DNA from: an uncultured Acetatifactor sp.
Lineage (GTDB): Bacteria; Bacillota; Clostridia; Lachnospirales; Lachnospiraceae
NCBI GenBank assembly: GCA_964018205.1
Contig: CAXHOW010000001.1
Location: 158,150-222,149, forward strand
DNA: 64,000 nt
Direction: 5' to 3'
Shown: one piece after another, positions 24,937 through 33,708 of the stretch
Numbering within the stretch: position 1 is the stretch's first letter
Layout of the letters: each line of letters starts with the position of its first letter
Translations under genes and position numbers: made by a program
The notes under the pieces: model-generated
Told to the model about the DNA's origin: nothing
Database searches by the model: none
The model's input: the letters and a program-made list of their open reading frames with translations, nothing else

Positions 24937-25962
24937 TTACTCCGCCGCTTTTTCCGCGAATTCTCTGGTCACCAGATCCTCATAGGGCACCCTCTCCTGC
25001 AGCACACCGGAGTCCTCCAGAATATTCTGCAGCAGCGTGAAGGATTCCTCCTCGAATATCAGGTTCTCCTTCCATGTGTCCTGCACATGGTACCGCTCCA
25101 CAATGGTAGTAAGGGTCTCCATGTCCGTCTCCGGGAACTGAGGGGCTATCACCTCTGCGATTTCCTCGGGCGTATGGGACCGCACATAATCCATACCTTT
25201 CTGCAGCGCGTCCGTAAAGGCCTGCACCGTGTCTTTATTTTTCTCTATATAGCTTTTCTTTGCCGAAAAGGACGTATACGGCACATAACCGGAATCCTCC
25301 CCCAGCGATGCTACCACATAGCCCTCGCCCTTCTGCTCCAGAGCTGTGGCATGAGGCTCGAATTCTACCGTAAAATCCCCCTGCCCGCCGGAAAAAGCTG
25401 CCGCAGTGGAACCGAAGTCAATACTCTGGTCAATATTTACCTCAGTCTGGGGATCAATGCCGTTCTTTGCAAGAATGTATTCAAACACCATCTCCGGCAT
25501 ACCGCCTGCCCTGCCCCCCAGCACATTCTTGCCTACCAGCATCTTCCATGAGAAGTCTTCGACAGGCTCCCTCGACACCAGAAAGTTGCCTGCGCGCTGC
25601 GTCAGCTGCGCAAAGTTCACCACATAGTCCTCAGTGCCTCCCGCATAGGTATATACGGTGCTCTCACATCCCATAAAGCCGATGTCTGCCTCCCCCGTAA
25701 GCACTGCCGTCATGGTCTTGTCGGCGCCGAAGCCGGTGACAAGTGTCAGCTCGATTCCCGCCTCTTCGAAATATCCCTCCTCGATAGCCACATACATAGG
25801 GGCATAGAAGATGGAATGCGCCACCTCGTTCAGTACAACTTCCTTTTTGCCGCCTTTGTCCTTTGCCGTACCGTCATCCTTACCGCAGCCTGCGGCGGCA
25901 AATGTCACCGCCATCAGGGCCAGACCGATGATGCCCGCCTTTTTAAAGGATAGTCCTTTCAT
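24937..25962 (-). CDS. ABC-type substrate-binding lipoprotein, NMT1/THI5-like (NitT/TauT family)
   Basis: Start set at ATG 25962 (GGAGG 5 nt upstream). Lipobox AAAGCG. NEVAHSIFYAPMYVAIEEGYFEEAGIELTLV is typical of the NMT1 family. No permease or ATPase gene is adjacent. Confidence 0.8.
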   Translation of the reverse strand: MKGLSFKKAGIIGLALMAVTFAAAGCGKDDGTAKDKGGKKEVVLNEVAHSIFYAPMYVAIEEGYFEEAGIELTLVTGFGADKTMTAVLTGEADIGFMGCESTVYTYAGGTEDYVVNFAQLTQRAGNFLVSREPVEDFSWKMLVGKNVLGGRAGGMPEMVFEYILAKNGIDPQTEVNIDQSIDFGSTAAAFSGGQGDFTVEFEPHATALEQKGEGYVVASLGEDSGYVPYTSFSAKKSYIEKNKDTVQAFTDALQKGMDYVRSHTPEEIAEVIAPQFPETDMETLTTIVERYHVQDTWKENLIFEEESFTLLQNILEDSGVLQERVPYEDLVTREFAEKAAE

Positions 25963-26095
25963 AATAACCTCCGGTTTCATATTAATTGTATCGGAAACTC
26001 CTGAATCCGCCAGACGCACATCCGGCCCGCAGTCTGCCATATTCAGATAATACATACTATGAAAGGAGCTTATCCTTGTTACCCATTATTTTTGT

Positions 26096-26731
26096 TTATA
26101 CATTATCCCCCTTGCTTCCCTTCCTCTCCTCGCTCCGTGCCGCCCCCGACAGTCCGTCTATCATCTTCTCGATAATCATCTTTTTCAGATAGACATCAAA
26201 GCTCAAGGTACAGATGAAAGAGAATTTTTTCAGGAAATCCGCATCCTCCTTCGGAGCATCCTGAAACGTTTCCTGCGCCGTCCTGAATTTTTCTATCAGA
26301 TCCTCTTTCAGCGACTGCAGCTGCTGTCCTTCCATGCCGAAAACCTCTCTGTACACGCTCTCCAGATTGAAATTCCCCTCCTTCTGGAAAAAGCGCTCCG
26401 TGATGGGTCCCAGAAGCGTCTGGATGTCGCTGATGGACAGAATGCCTTTATAGTAATAAATAAATATCAGCAGCAGAACATGCTCCTTGGAATATTTTTT
26501 CTTTACCGGAGGAGGCAGCAGGTCGTTTTTTGCATAATTGTTGATCATGGTCTTGGTCAGAATCTTGTCCTCGCCCGGATATCTGGCCGTGGCCCGGAGG
26601 CGGCTGTCCATGAACGTGGTGACCTGATCCATATACAGATCAATGTTGGGTATGTCTTCCGGGCTGATGTACCCCACTCTGTCAAGACTCGTTAATAAAC
26701 TGTTTAACAAATCATTATTATCTATAGTCAT
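26096..26731 (-). CDS. DUF1836 domain protein
   Basis: Start at ATG 26731. YMDQVTTFM...LTKTMINNYAKNDLLPPPVKKKYSKEHVLLL matches my recollection of DUF1836. Confidence 0.7.
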   Translation of the reverse strand: MTIDNNDLLNSLLTSLDRVGYISPEDIPNIDLYMDQVTTFMDSRLRATARYPGEDKILTKTMINNYAKNDLLPPPVKKKYSKEHVLLLIFIYYYKGILSISDIQTLLGPITERFFQKEGNFNLESVYREVFGMEGQQLQSLKEDLIEKFRTAQETFQDAPKEDADFLKKFSFICTLSFDVYLKKMIIEKMIDGLSGAARSEERKGSKGDNV

Positions 26732-27136
26732 GTTTTCTCCCTTCCCCGGATTTTTCTTCCCGCAGCACCTCAAGTGTACCAGCTTTATTATATAGTATTT
26801 AAAACTACATGACAATATTTTCTTTTGACATTAATGATTTTCTTTCAGGTTTGTTTCCTTTTTAGACTCGTTTTTTAAGCTCGTTTTTTAGACCCCGTTT
26901 TCTTTTAAGCTCAATTCCCTTTAAGCATATGTTTCCATAGTCAATTCCAAAAACCGTCATATGCTTTTTTACAATTTACGAATAAATTATTGCTTTTTTC
27001 CGCAAAATATACACATATCAGACATTTCACGCATTGCGCCACGGCACGAAAATTTCAATCGAAGACATCGATATTTCATGCCTAAATGATTTGAACGGTC
27101 TGATTTTTAAGCTTACGCAGCAGAATGGAGGAGATT

Positions 27137-27811
27137 ATGAAAAAGGGAAAAAAATCAATAGGAGCCAGAAAGCTTCTGGCATTAGGATTGACTCTGGCCT
27201 GCATCGGCACAGCAACTGCCTGCACCAACAACGGAACTAACGGGGCAAACGCTGCCGGAAATAATTCAGCATCCGGCTCCGCCGGCAACGCAGGAAACAC
27301 AGGGAACAACAATTCAGGAAACGACGGAACCACCACAGGGAACAATGATTCCTTAATTAACGATCTGGGTGACGGTATCACCAATGTGGTAGACGATGTG
27401 ACCGACGGCATCGACAACATCACCGACGATATCATGGGAAACGGGACAAACAACGGCACCCATACAGACGGCAACAGCTCCGATTCCGCAGCCGGGGCTA
27501 ACGGCACCAACGGCAACAGCTCCGGCACAAACAATAACAGTTCTGGCGGCAGCAGTACCGATCGTAGCCGTTCCTCTGCAAACAGCCATTCTACAGGCCA
27601 TGGAACCGGGACCGGCAGCAGCACAAGATCAAACACCGGCACCGGTACAAATAACGGCACAGGAGCCGGCAACACCACAGGAACGGGCAGCGGCATAGGA
27701 ACCGGAACTAACACTGGCACCGGAACCAACACCGGCGCTGGCGGCAGTTCTATGGGCATCAGCGGCATCGGCCAGATCAACAACAGCACCGGCGGCGCAA
27801 TAAGTCAATAA
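27137..27811 (+). CDS. Low-complexity G/N/T/S-rich lipoprotein
   Basis: GGAGGA RBS before ATG 27137. Signal/lipobox LGLTLACIGTATAC. The remaining 200 or so aa are almost only G, N, T, S, D and A. Confidence 0.7.
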   Translation: MKKGKKSIGARKLLALGLTLACIGTATACTNNGTNGANAAGNNSASGSAGNAGNTGNNNSGNDGTTTGNNDSLINDLGDGITNVVDDVTDGIDNITDDIMGNGTNNGTHTDGNSSDSAAGANGTNGNSSGTNNNSSGGSSTDRSRSSANSHSTGHGTGTGSSTRSNTGTGTNNGTGAGNTTGTGSGIGTGTNTGTGTNTGAGGSSMGISGIGQINNSTGGAISQ

Positions 27812-27884
27812 AAAAACATCCCGCAGCAGACTGCGGCGCGGCATCACCGCTCCCCAGCCTGCCTGCGGGATATTCAGCTTTCTC

Positions 27885-29855
27885 CTATTCCTCCTCCATG
27901 ATCGTGCCGTCCCTATATGCCTCCAGCAGCTCTTCCAGATAATAGATATTCTCCCGGATCGTGCACCCGATATCCGTATCTGCCACCAGCTTGCGCCGGG
28001 GATAGGTTTCCACTTCGATGGAATGAGAAAACAGATCCGATTCGTTCATAATCGCCGCATGGGCGGACTCGAAGGGTTCATGGGCGGCAAGATGCATTCC
28101 TCTGGAATTGCAGACAAGGGTATATCCTGCTATACCTGTCTTCTTCTGATAGGCCTTGGAAAAGCCTCCGTCAATGATCAAAAGCCTCCCGCCGCACTTT
28201 ATAGGGGACTCGCCGTGTATCTGCTCCACCGGCACATGCCCATTGACGATATGGGCATCTTTGCTATGGAGCCCGAATTCCTTCAGGATGCGATTCACAG
28301 TATCCTCCTGCTCCAGAAGCTGATAATAGCTGTTCTTCCCCTCCTTGTGGGTCTCCTTTTCCGCCACAAAATACCGCTCGAAGGTAGCCATCTTATCCTT
28401 TCCGAACACGGGAGAACCCGGCCCCGACCAGATGTACCACATAATATCCTGACCGGCTGCACGCTCCACGTTATCCTTGGCGTAATACCCTCTTCTGGCA
28501 TAATGCTCCAAAATGTCATACAAAGCCTTGCCGGAATACTGCTTTCCATAGATATCCGCACTGGCAAAGCTGCCGTCCTCATTCATGGGCACACAGCCAT
28601 GATACAGCAGATTGCCGTTATAAATCTTGTACAGTCCCCCTTTTGCATAAAGGAACCTCACATGGCGCTGCAATTTCTCACATTGCACGAATGCCTGCTG
28701 CAGCCTTGCCATGACCTTGCTCTCTTCCTCCGTCAGCGCAAAAGGATTCTTGGGATCGATGGTAGGAAAGTCCATGTCCAGCATGGCATAATCCTTAAAG
28801 GCACCCGTGCCTTTATCCTCCAGCCGAACAGTACCCTTTTCGAAATCAATCTTGTCCAGCATCATTCTGTCGTCCATCCCGAATTCCGGGTGGCGTATGA
28901 TCAGCTGCCCCTCCAGCTTGAACTGAATCACGGTAATGGCCTTATGCATCTTGGTGTCAAGGCTCAGGTCTTTTGTATTATAGTCAGTGTTATACCGGAT
29001 TGCAAACACATCACAGTTCGACTGCCCATAGGCTTCCATTGCAAAGGTAGCGAGGGGAAGCAGGTTGATGCCGTACCCGTCTTCCAGTGTGGCAAGATTC
29101 CCGTACCTCGCCGCCATCCGTACCACATTGGCGATGCAGGCCAGATGGCCGCTGGCCGCCCCCATCCACACCATGTCATGGTTTCCCCACTGTACGTCTA
29201 TGGAATGGTATGCGCAGAGGGTATCCATAATGATATGAGGGCCCGGCCCTCTGTCATAAATATCCCCCACGATATGGAGATGGTCTATGACAAGGCGCTG
29301 TATCAGCTGGCTCAATGCAATGATGAACCGAGGCGCCCGCCCAATCCTGATGATAGTATGCAGGATCTCGTTATAATATGCCTCCTTGTCATGAATCTCT
29401 TCCTTTTCGGTGATCAGCTCCTCAATTACGTAGGCAAAGTCATTTGGCAGAGCCTTCCTCACCTTGGAACGTGTATATTTTGATGATACCCTCTTGATCA
29501 TCTGAACCAGCCTATGAAGGGAAATCAGATACCAGTCCTCGATGTTCTCCTCTTCCTTCTTTGCGATCTCCACCCGCTCCTCCGGATAGTAGATCAATGT
29601 AGCAAGGCCTCTTTTGTCCCTGCTGCTGATAGTATTTCCAAACTCCTCGTCGATTTTCTTACGCACAGATCCCGAACCGTTCTTAAGCACATGGTTAAAC
29701 TGCTCATACTCCCCGTGAATATCCGTCAGAAAATGCTCCGTACCCTTCGGCAGGTTCATGATAGACTGCAGATTGATGATCTCTGTAGATGCTGCCGCCA
29801 CATTCCGGTACTGCTTCGCCAATACCCTTAAAACCTTCCCGTCCCTTTCGTCCAT
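27885..29855 (-). CDS. fbp: Fructose-1,6-bisphosphatase, class 3
   Basis: TEIINLQSIMNLPKGTEHFLTDIHGEYEQF and HIVGDIYDRGP are hallmarks of class III FBPase. The start is uncertain (ATG 29855 or 29870; the track gives 29930). Confidence 0.9.
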   Translation of the reverse strand: MDERDGKVLRVLAKQYRNVAAASTEIINLQSIMNLPKGTEHFLTDIHGEYEQFNHVLKNGSGSVRKKIDEEFGNTISSRDKRGLATLIYYPEERVEIAKKEEENIEDWYLISLHRLVQMIKRVSSKYTRSKVRKALPNDFAYVIEELITEKEEIHDKEAYYNEILHTIIRIGRAPRFIIALSQLIQRLVIDHLHIVGDIYDRGPGPHIIMDTLCAYHSIDVQWGNHDMVWMGAASGHLACIANVVRMAARYGNLATLEDGYGINLLPLATFAMEAYGQSNCDVFAIRYNTDYNTKDLSLDTKMHKAITVIQFKLEGQLIIRHPEFGMDDRMMLDKIDFEKGTVRLEDKGTGAFKDYAMLDMDFPTIDPKNPFALTEEESKVMARLQQAFVQCEKLQRHVRFLYAKGGLYKIYNGNLLYHGCVPMNEDGSFASADIYGKQYSGKALYDILEHYARRGYYAKDNVERAAGQDIMWYIWSGPGSPVFGKDKMATFERYFVAEKETHKEGKNSYYQLLEQEDTVNRILKEFGLHSKDAHIVNGHVPVEQIHGESPIKCGGRLLIIDGGFSKAYQKKTGIAGYTLVCNSRGMHLAAHEPFESAHAAIMNESDLFSHSIEVETYPRRKLVADTDIGCTIRENIYYLEELLEAYRDGTIMEEE

Positions 29856-29923
29856 CTTTATTTCCCCCATACTGAATTTCCTATATTGATGCCCGGCCGT
29901 TTCCTGCCTGTCAGTATGCCTTA

Positions 29924-30688
29924 TCAGCACGAGCCCTCGATCACATCCCCCATATCGTATTTCCCCGCCGGCTTTCCCGCCAGAAACTTTGCCGCCTGAA
30001 TGGCCCCCTTTCCAAAGACCGCCTTGGAATATGCCCTATGGGAAAAAGTGATCACTTCGTCCGGCCCTGCAAAGATCACGTCATGATCCCCCACTATGGT
30101 GCCTCCCCGGACTGTGCTGATGCCAATCTCCTTCTCCGGCCTTCTCTCCCTCCTTGCGCTCCTGTCATAGACATAGGTATACTCATTTCCCAGCTCCCCA
30201 TTGATGGAATCCGCTAAGGCAAGGGCAGTGCCGCTGGGTGCATCCAGCTTCAGATTGTGGTGCTTCTCCAGGATCTCCATGTCGAATCCGGCAGGCGCCA
30301 GAGCTGCCGCCGCGTTTTTCAAAAGCTTCAGCAGCAGGTTGATTCCAAGGGACATATTGGCAGACTTCAATATGGCGACGCTCTCCGACGCTTTCTCCAC
30401 CTTCTCCAGCTGTTCCCCGTCAAGCCCCGTGGTGCAGAGCACGCAGGGCAGCTTCTTTTCAACGCAGTAGTCCAGCAGATCGTCCAGTGCCGCCGCAGTG
30501 GAAAAATCCACCACACAGTCCGCCTCCACATCACACTCCCTGATGTTTTTGTATACGGGATAGGGATTATGTCCGTCGTCAGACACATCCACGCCGGCCA
30601 CAAGCTCCGCCTCCCTGTCCTCTGCCAGCAGACCGCTGATCGTCTGCCCCATCTTTCCGTTACAGCCATGCATTATGATTCTGATCAT
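29924..30688 (-). CDS. dapB: 4-hydroxy-tetrahydrodipicolinate reductase
   Basis: 254 aa. N-terminal IMHGCNGKMG Rossmann fold, EKHHNLKLDAPSGTA motif. Confidence 0.9.
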   Translation of the reverse strand: MIRIIMHGCNGKMGQTISGLLAEDREAELVAGVDVSDDGHNPYPVYKNIRECDVEADCVVDFSTAAALDDLLDYCVEKKLPCVLCTTGLDGEQLEKVEKASESVAILKSANMSLGINLLLKLLKNAAAALAPAGFDMEILEKHHNLKLDAPSGTALALADSINGELGNEYTYVYDRSARRERRPEKEIGISTVRGGTIVGDHDVIFAGPDEVITFSHRAYSKAVFGKGAIQAAKFLAGKPAGKYDMGDVIEGSC

Positions 30689-30857
30689 TTAATTTTCCTC
30701 CTGAATATAACCTCATACACTCTCTGAACCGCCATTCATAGTCTCCTTAAGACATCCGCTTTACCGATCCCTCGTTTTCTCATCCACAATACTGGATGGA
30801 AAAATAATTTTCCTTATATTCCGCTGTCCATGGCGGCATACGTCCATAATACCATGA

Positions 30858-30883
30858 ATCCCACCCTGAGGTAAGGGTGGGAT
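30858..30883 (-). terminator. Hairpin just downstream of dapA
   Basis: ATCCCACCCT-(6 nt)-AGGGTGGGAT, 8 nt after the dapA stop. There is no clear U-tract, so it may be an attenuator or RNA-stability element rather than a full terminator. Confidence 0.35.
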
Positions 30884-30890
30884 ACCGATT

Positions 30891-31775
30891 CTACAAAATG
30901 CCGTAATTTCTCATCGCTTTCTCCAGACGCTGCGCATTCCCCGGTTCCATCTCTGTCAGAGGCATTCTCAGCGTGCCTGCCCCCAGCCCCATCAGGTTCA
31001 GTGCCTTCTTCACAGGAATAGGATTGACCTCACTGAACAGCGCATTGCACAGCTCCATAGCCTCCAGCTGCAGCCTGCAGCTCTCCTTGCAGTCACCCTC
31101 CAGATAGCTCTGGCAGATGGCATGGGTCTGGGCCGGTGCCACATTGGCCAGCACGGAAATCACCCCTATGCCGCCCAGCGACATGATAGGTACAATCTGG
31201 TCGTCATTGCCGGAATAGATATCCACCTTTCCGTCCGCAATGGCCGCAAGATGGGCAATCTGGCTGATATTGCCGCTGGCTTCCTTGATTCCCACGATAT
31301 TTTCCACCTCGCTGCAGAGCCTCACCACAGTCTCCGGCAGGATATTGCAGCTTGTCCTGCCGGGTACGTTATAGAGCAGGATCGGAAGCCCCACGGAATC
31401 CGCCACTGTCTTGAAATGGGCATACAGTCCGTTCTGGGTAGCTTTGTTGTAATAAGGGCTCACTAGCAGCAGCCCGTCCGCCCCGGCTTCCTGAGCCTCC
31501 TTTGAAAGATAGACTGCGGTCTCCGTACAGTTGGATCCTGTGCCCGCCACCACCGGTACCCGGCCTGCCACCGTCTTTATGCAGTATCTGATCACATCCA
31601 GATGCTCTTCGTGGGTCAGCGTAGAGGACTCTCCCGTAGTGCCGCATACTATGACGGCATCCGTCCCATTCTTGATCTGGAACTCTATGAGCTTTGCAAA
31701 CTGCTCATAATTCACTTCTCCGTTGTCATGCATCGGCGTGACAATGGCCACACCGGAACCCCTGAAAATCGACAT
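30891..31775 (-). CDS. dapA: 4-hydroxy-tetrahydrodipicolinate synthase
   Basis: Start at ATG 31775 (GGAGGAGAGGG upstream). MSIFRGSGVAIVTPM..., GTTGES and active-site region IVGIKEASG. Confidence 0.9.
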   Translation of the reverse strand: MSIFRGSGVAIVTPMHDNGEVNYEQFAKLIEFQIKNGTDAVIVCGTTGESSTLTHEEHLDVIRYCIKTVAGRVPVVAGTGSNCTETAVYLSKEAQEAGADGLLLVSPYYNKATQNGLYAHFKTVADSVGLPILLYNVPGRTSCNILPETVVRLCSEVENIVGIKEASGNISQIAHLAAIADGKVDIYSGNDDQIVPIMSLGGIGVISVLANVAPAQTHAICQSYLEGDCKESCRLQLEAMELCNALFSEVNPIPVKKALNLMGLGAGTLRMPLTEMEPGNAQRLEKAMRNYGIL

Positions 31776-31864
31776 ACCCTCTCCTCCGTTGTTATGTTTT
31801 ATGAATCTGCTTCTTTCAATCCGACGCTCATGTCTGCCGCCGAGCCTGCTCCCTATGTGTGATA

Positions 31865-31898
31865 ATGACAAATATCGCCGGCACAACAGCGCCGGCGA
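31865..31898 (-). terminator. Expression-platform terminator of the lysine riboswitch
   Basis: Minus strand reads TCGCCGGC-GCTGTTGT-GCCGGCGA followed by TATTTGTC. It lies between the aptamer and the dapA start. Confidence 0.7.
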
Positions 31899-31921
31899 AT
31901 AAATCCCATAGGATATGTACC

Positions 31922-32084
31922 GATAGCGCCCCACCCAGAATGGGTGACAGTCATGCAGCTCTTAACTGCATGCCCAAGACTCGATTCGCAGGTCATCTCA
32001 TCTTTCGGCGTTTTTCCCTTTCCCTTCCCGTCCCCTGCGCCTGCCGCATCAAAAAAAGTACTCCTGAGAAACGCAACCTCTATC
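31922..32084 (-). promoter_or_regulatory. Lysine riboswitch (L-box) aptamer
   Basis: Minus strand reads GATAGAGGTTGCGTTTCTCAGGAGTA ... AGGGGA ... CGCCGAAAG ... TGGGCATGCAGTTAAGAGCTGCATGACTGTCACC ... GGGGCGCTATC. The blocks are in the same order as in the B. subtilis lysC L-box (recalled), and P1 is closed by GATAG/CTATC. Confidence 0.85.
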
Positions 32085-32135
32085 ATTTAATTCATGCTCA
32101 AATCATAACATTATATACTGACACTGTCAATGGCT

Positions 32136-32633
32136 TTATTCCCAAACCTTAAATTTGACCATCTCTATTCTGGATACCTCGTCCGCCAGAATACAGATGT
32201 CATCCCGCAGCTTCACACCCGTCATGATGATACTGGTATCCTCCCTGCATTCCAGCATACTCTTCAGATCCTCCACGGACACGATCTCCTTTTCCACCAG
32301 CCCCAGCACCTCATCCAGTATCAGCAGGTCACATTCTCCGGTAGCCAGTACCTTTTTGGCGAAGTTCACCCCGTTTCTGATGTTGACGATCTCCTCCTGC
32401 TTCTTTTCTTCGGAAAGCTTTTCAAAATTTTCATCGGATTTCTCAAAGCGGAACAGCTTTATCTCCGGTTCCATCCTCTTCAGGAAATCAGAATTCCCCA
32501 CTCCCTTCCCTTTCAGGAACTGAATGATCACAACACTTTTCCCCTCCAGCGCAGCCTGCATGGCCCTGCCCAGTGCAGCAGGCGATTTGCCGCGCCCATC
32601 CCCCGCATAAATATATACCAATCCTTTTGCCAT
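32136..32633 (-). CDS. cobO: Cob(I)yrinic acid a,c-diamide adenosyltransferase (CobO/BtuR type)
   Basis: 165 aa. GLVYIYAGDGRGKSPAALGRAMQAALEGKSVVIIQFLKG and LLILDEV. Confidence 0.75.
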   Translation of the reverse strand: MAKGLVYIYAGDGRGKSPAALGRAMQAALEGKSVVIIQFLKGKGVGNSDFLKRMEPEIKLFRFEKSDENFEKLSEEKKQEEIVNIRNGVNFAKKVLATGECDLLILDEVLGLVEKEIVSVEDLKSMLECREDTSIIMTGVKLRDDICILADEVSRIEMVKFKVWE

Positions 32634-32738
32634 ATCGCACCCCTATCATTCCAAAAAGTATGCTACATCCTTAAAATAACATACTTTCCGGCATTTGGCA
32701 AATCATTTGCTCTATTTTTTCGGTTTTGGGAACAATAA

Positions 32739-33377
32739 TCATTCAAAGCTCTCATCCACCAGCTCCAGCTTGCTCACCGACACCTCGAACGCAACCCTTC
32801 TCTCCACATTCTCTTCATCCAATTTTTTCATATATTCTCTGCTCTGTATCCTGCCCCACACGGCACAGCGCTCTCCCACCTTGAAATTGTTTGCGTAGCG
32901 GGCATTTCTTCCCCAGCAGATACAGGGTATGTAATCGGATTTCCCGTATGGTCTGTTTACAGCAAGCAGCAGATCCGCGATTTCCCGTCCCAGAGGTGTC
33001 TTCCTATAGATGGGTTCCTTGCAGATATAGCCGTCCAGAAAGATCTGATTCGTCTTGGAGCTCTCCTCCATCTCGTCCACAAAGCCGATCTCTCTGGCGA
33101 ACACCGAAAGCACCAGCTTGTTCTTGCGCTCTTCGTGGCGGTTGTACGAACGAAACTGTCCCGTCACACAGATCAGCTCACCCGTATAGTCCGCGTTCAC
33201 ATCCATCAACCGCTCCGATACCATGACGGGGATAATGTCATAGCTTTCACTCAGACGTTTACACCTCACATCCATCATATAAAAGCCTTCTCCGAAGATC
33301 TCATGGCTATAGCTGAAGCTGCTGACAATTTCACCCATAACCGTTACCTGATTGTTTTCAATTACCTTATCTGTCAT
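32739..33377 (-). CDS. SSB-like protein with two OB-fold halves
   Basis: Start at ATG 33377 (GGGAGA upstream). Both halves have an SSB-like pattern (VTGQFRSYN..., CAVWGRIQSREYMKK). There is no acidic SSB tail. Confidence 0.5.
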   Translation of the reverse strand: MTDKVIENNQVTVMGEIVSSFSYSHEIFGEGFYMMDVRCKRLSESYDIIPVMVSERLMDVNADYTGELICVTGQFRSYNRHEERKNKLVLSVFAREIGFVDEMEESSKTNQIFLDGYICKEPIYRKTPLGREIADLLLAVNRPYGKSDYIPCICWGRNARYANNFKVGERCAVWGRIQSREYMKKLDEENVERRVAFEVSVSKLELVDESFE

Positions 33378-33588
33378 TTTCGTTCTCCCTTCTTGTTCTA
33401 AGACTTTTTCCGGTAATACATCCGAACAGGATTTCATTCGGATGGATATTACTATTTATACAATAGAAATTGTATTTTTAGTACTTTTTTCCATCGCATC
33501 CTTCGCCATTTTTCATCAATTATACCCAAATTTTCATTTGCTGCTATATGTAAAACTGTTTTTCAATAACTTCTGCCCCTAATAAATC

Positions 33589-33617
33589 TTGCGTCCCCAT
33601 GAAAATAGTGCTATACT
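33589..33617 (+). promoter_or_regulatory. Sigma-A-type promoter candidate for typA
   Basis: TTGCGT (33589-33594), 17-nt spacer, TGCTATACT extended -10 (TATACT at 33612-33617). Confidence 0.4.
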
Positions 33618-33708
33618 GTAACAGTTTGAAATTTCGACAAACAAATCGTTGACAAAAATGCGCAATTATCGACAATACAGTCATTAATTCTGAAGGAGCA
33701 GATGAATT

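Noticed and set aside
25963-26095. Possible TPP (THI-box) riboswitch upstream of the NMT1/THI5-like binding protein
   Set aside because: The leader has no CUGAGA box and no ACCUGAUCUGGAUAAUGCCAGCG-like segment.
27082-27789. 235-aa P/L/V-rich minus-strand ORF
   Set aside because: It is the mirror image of the G/N/T-rich lipoprotein gene. Only the plus-strand frame has an RBS, a signal peptide and a lipobox.
28023-29483. 486-aa plus-strand ORF
   Set aside because: It is antisense to the class 3 fbp gene, so it is a shadow ORF.
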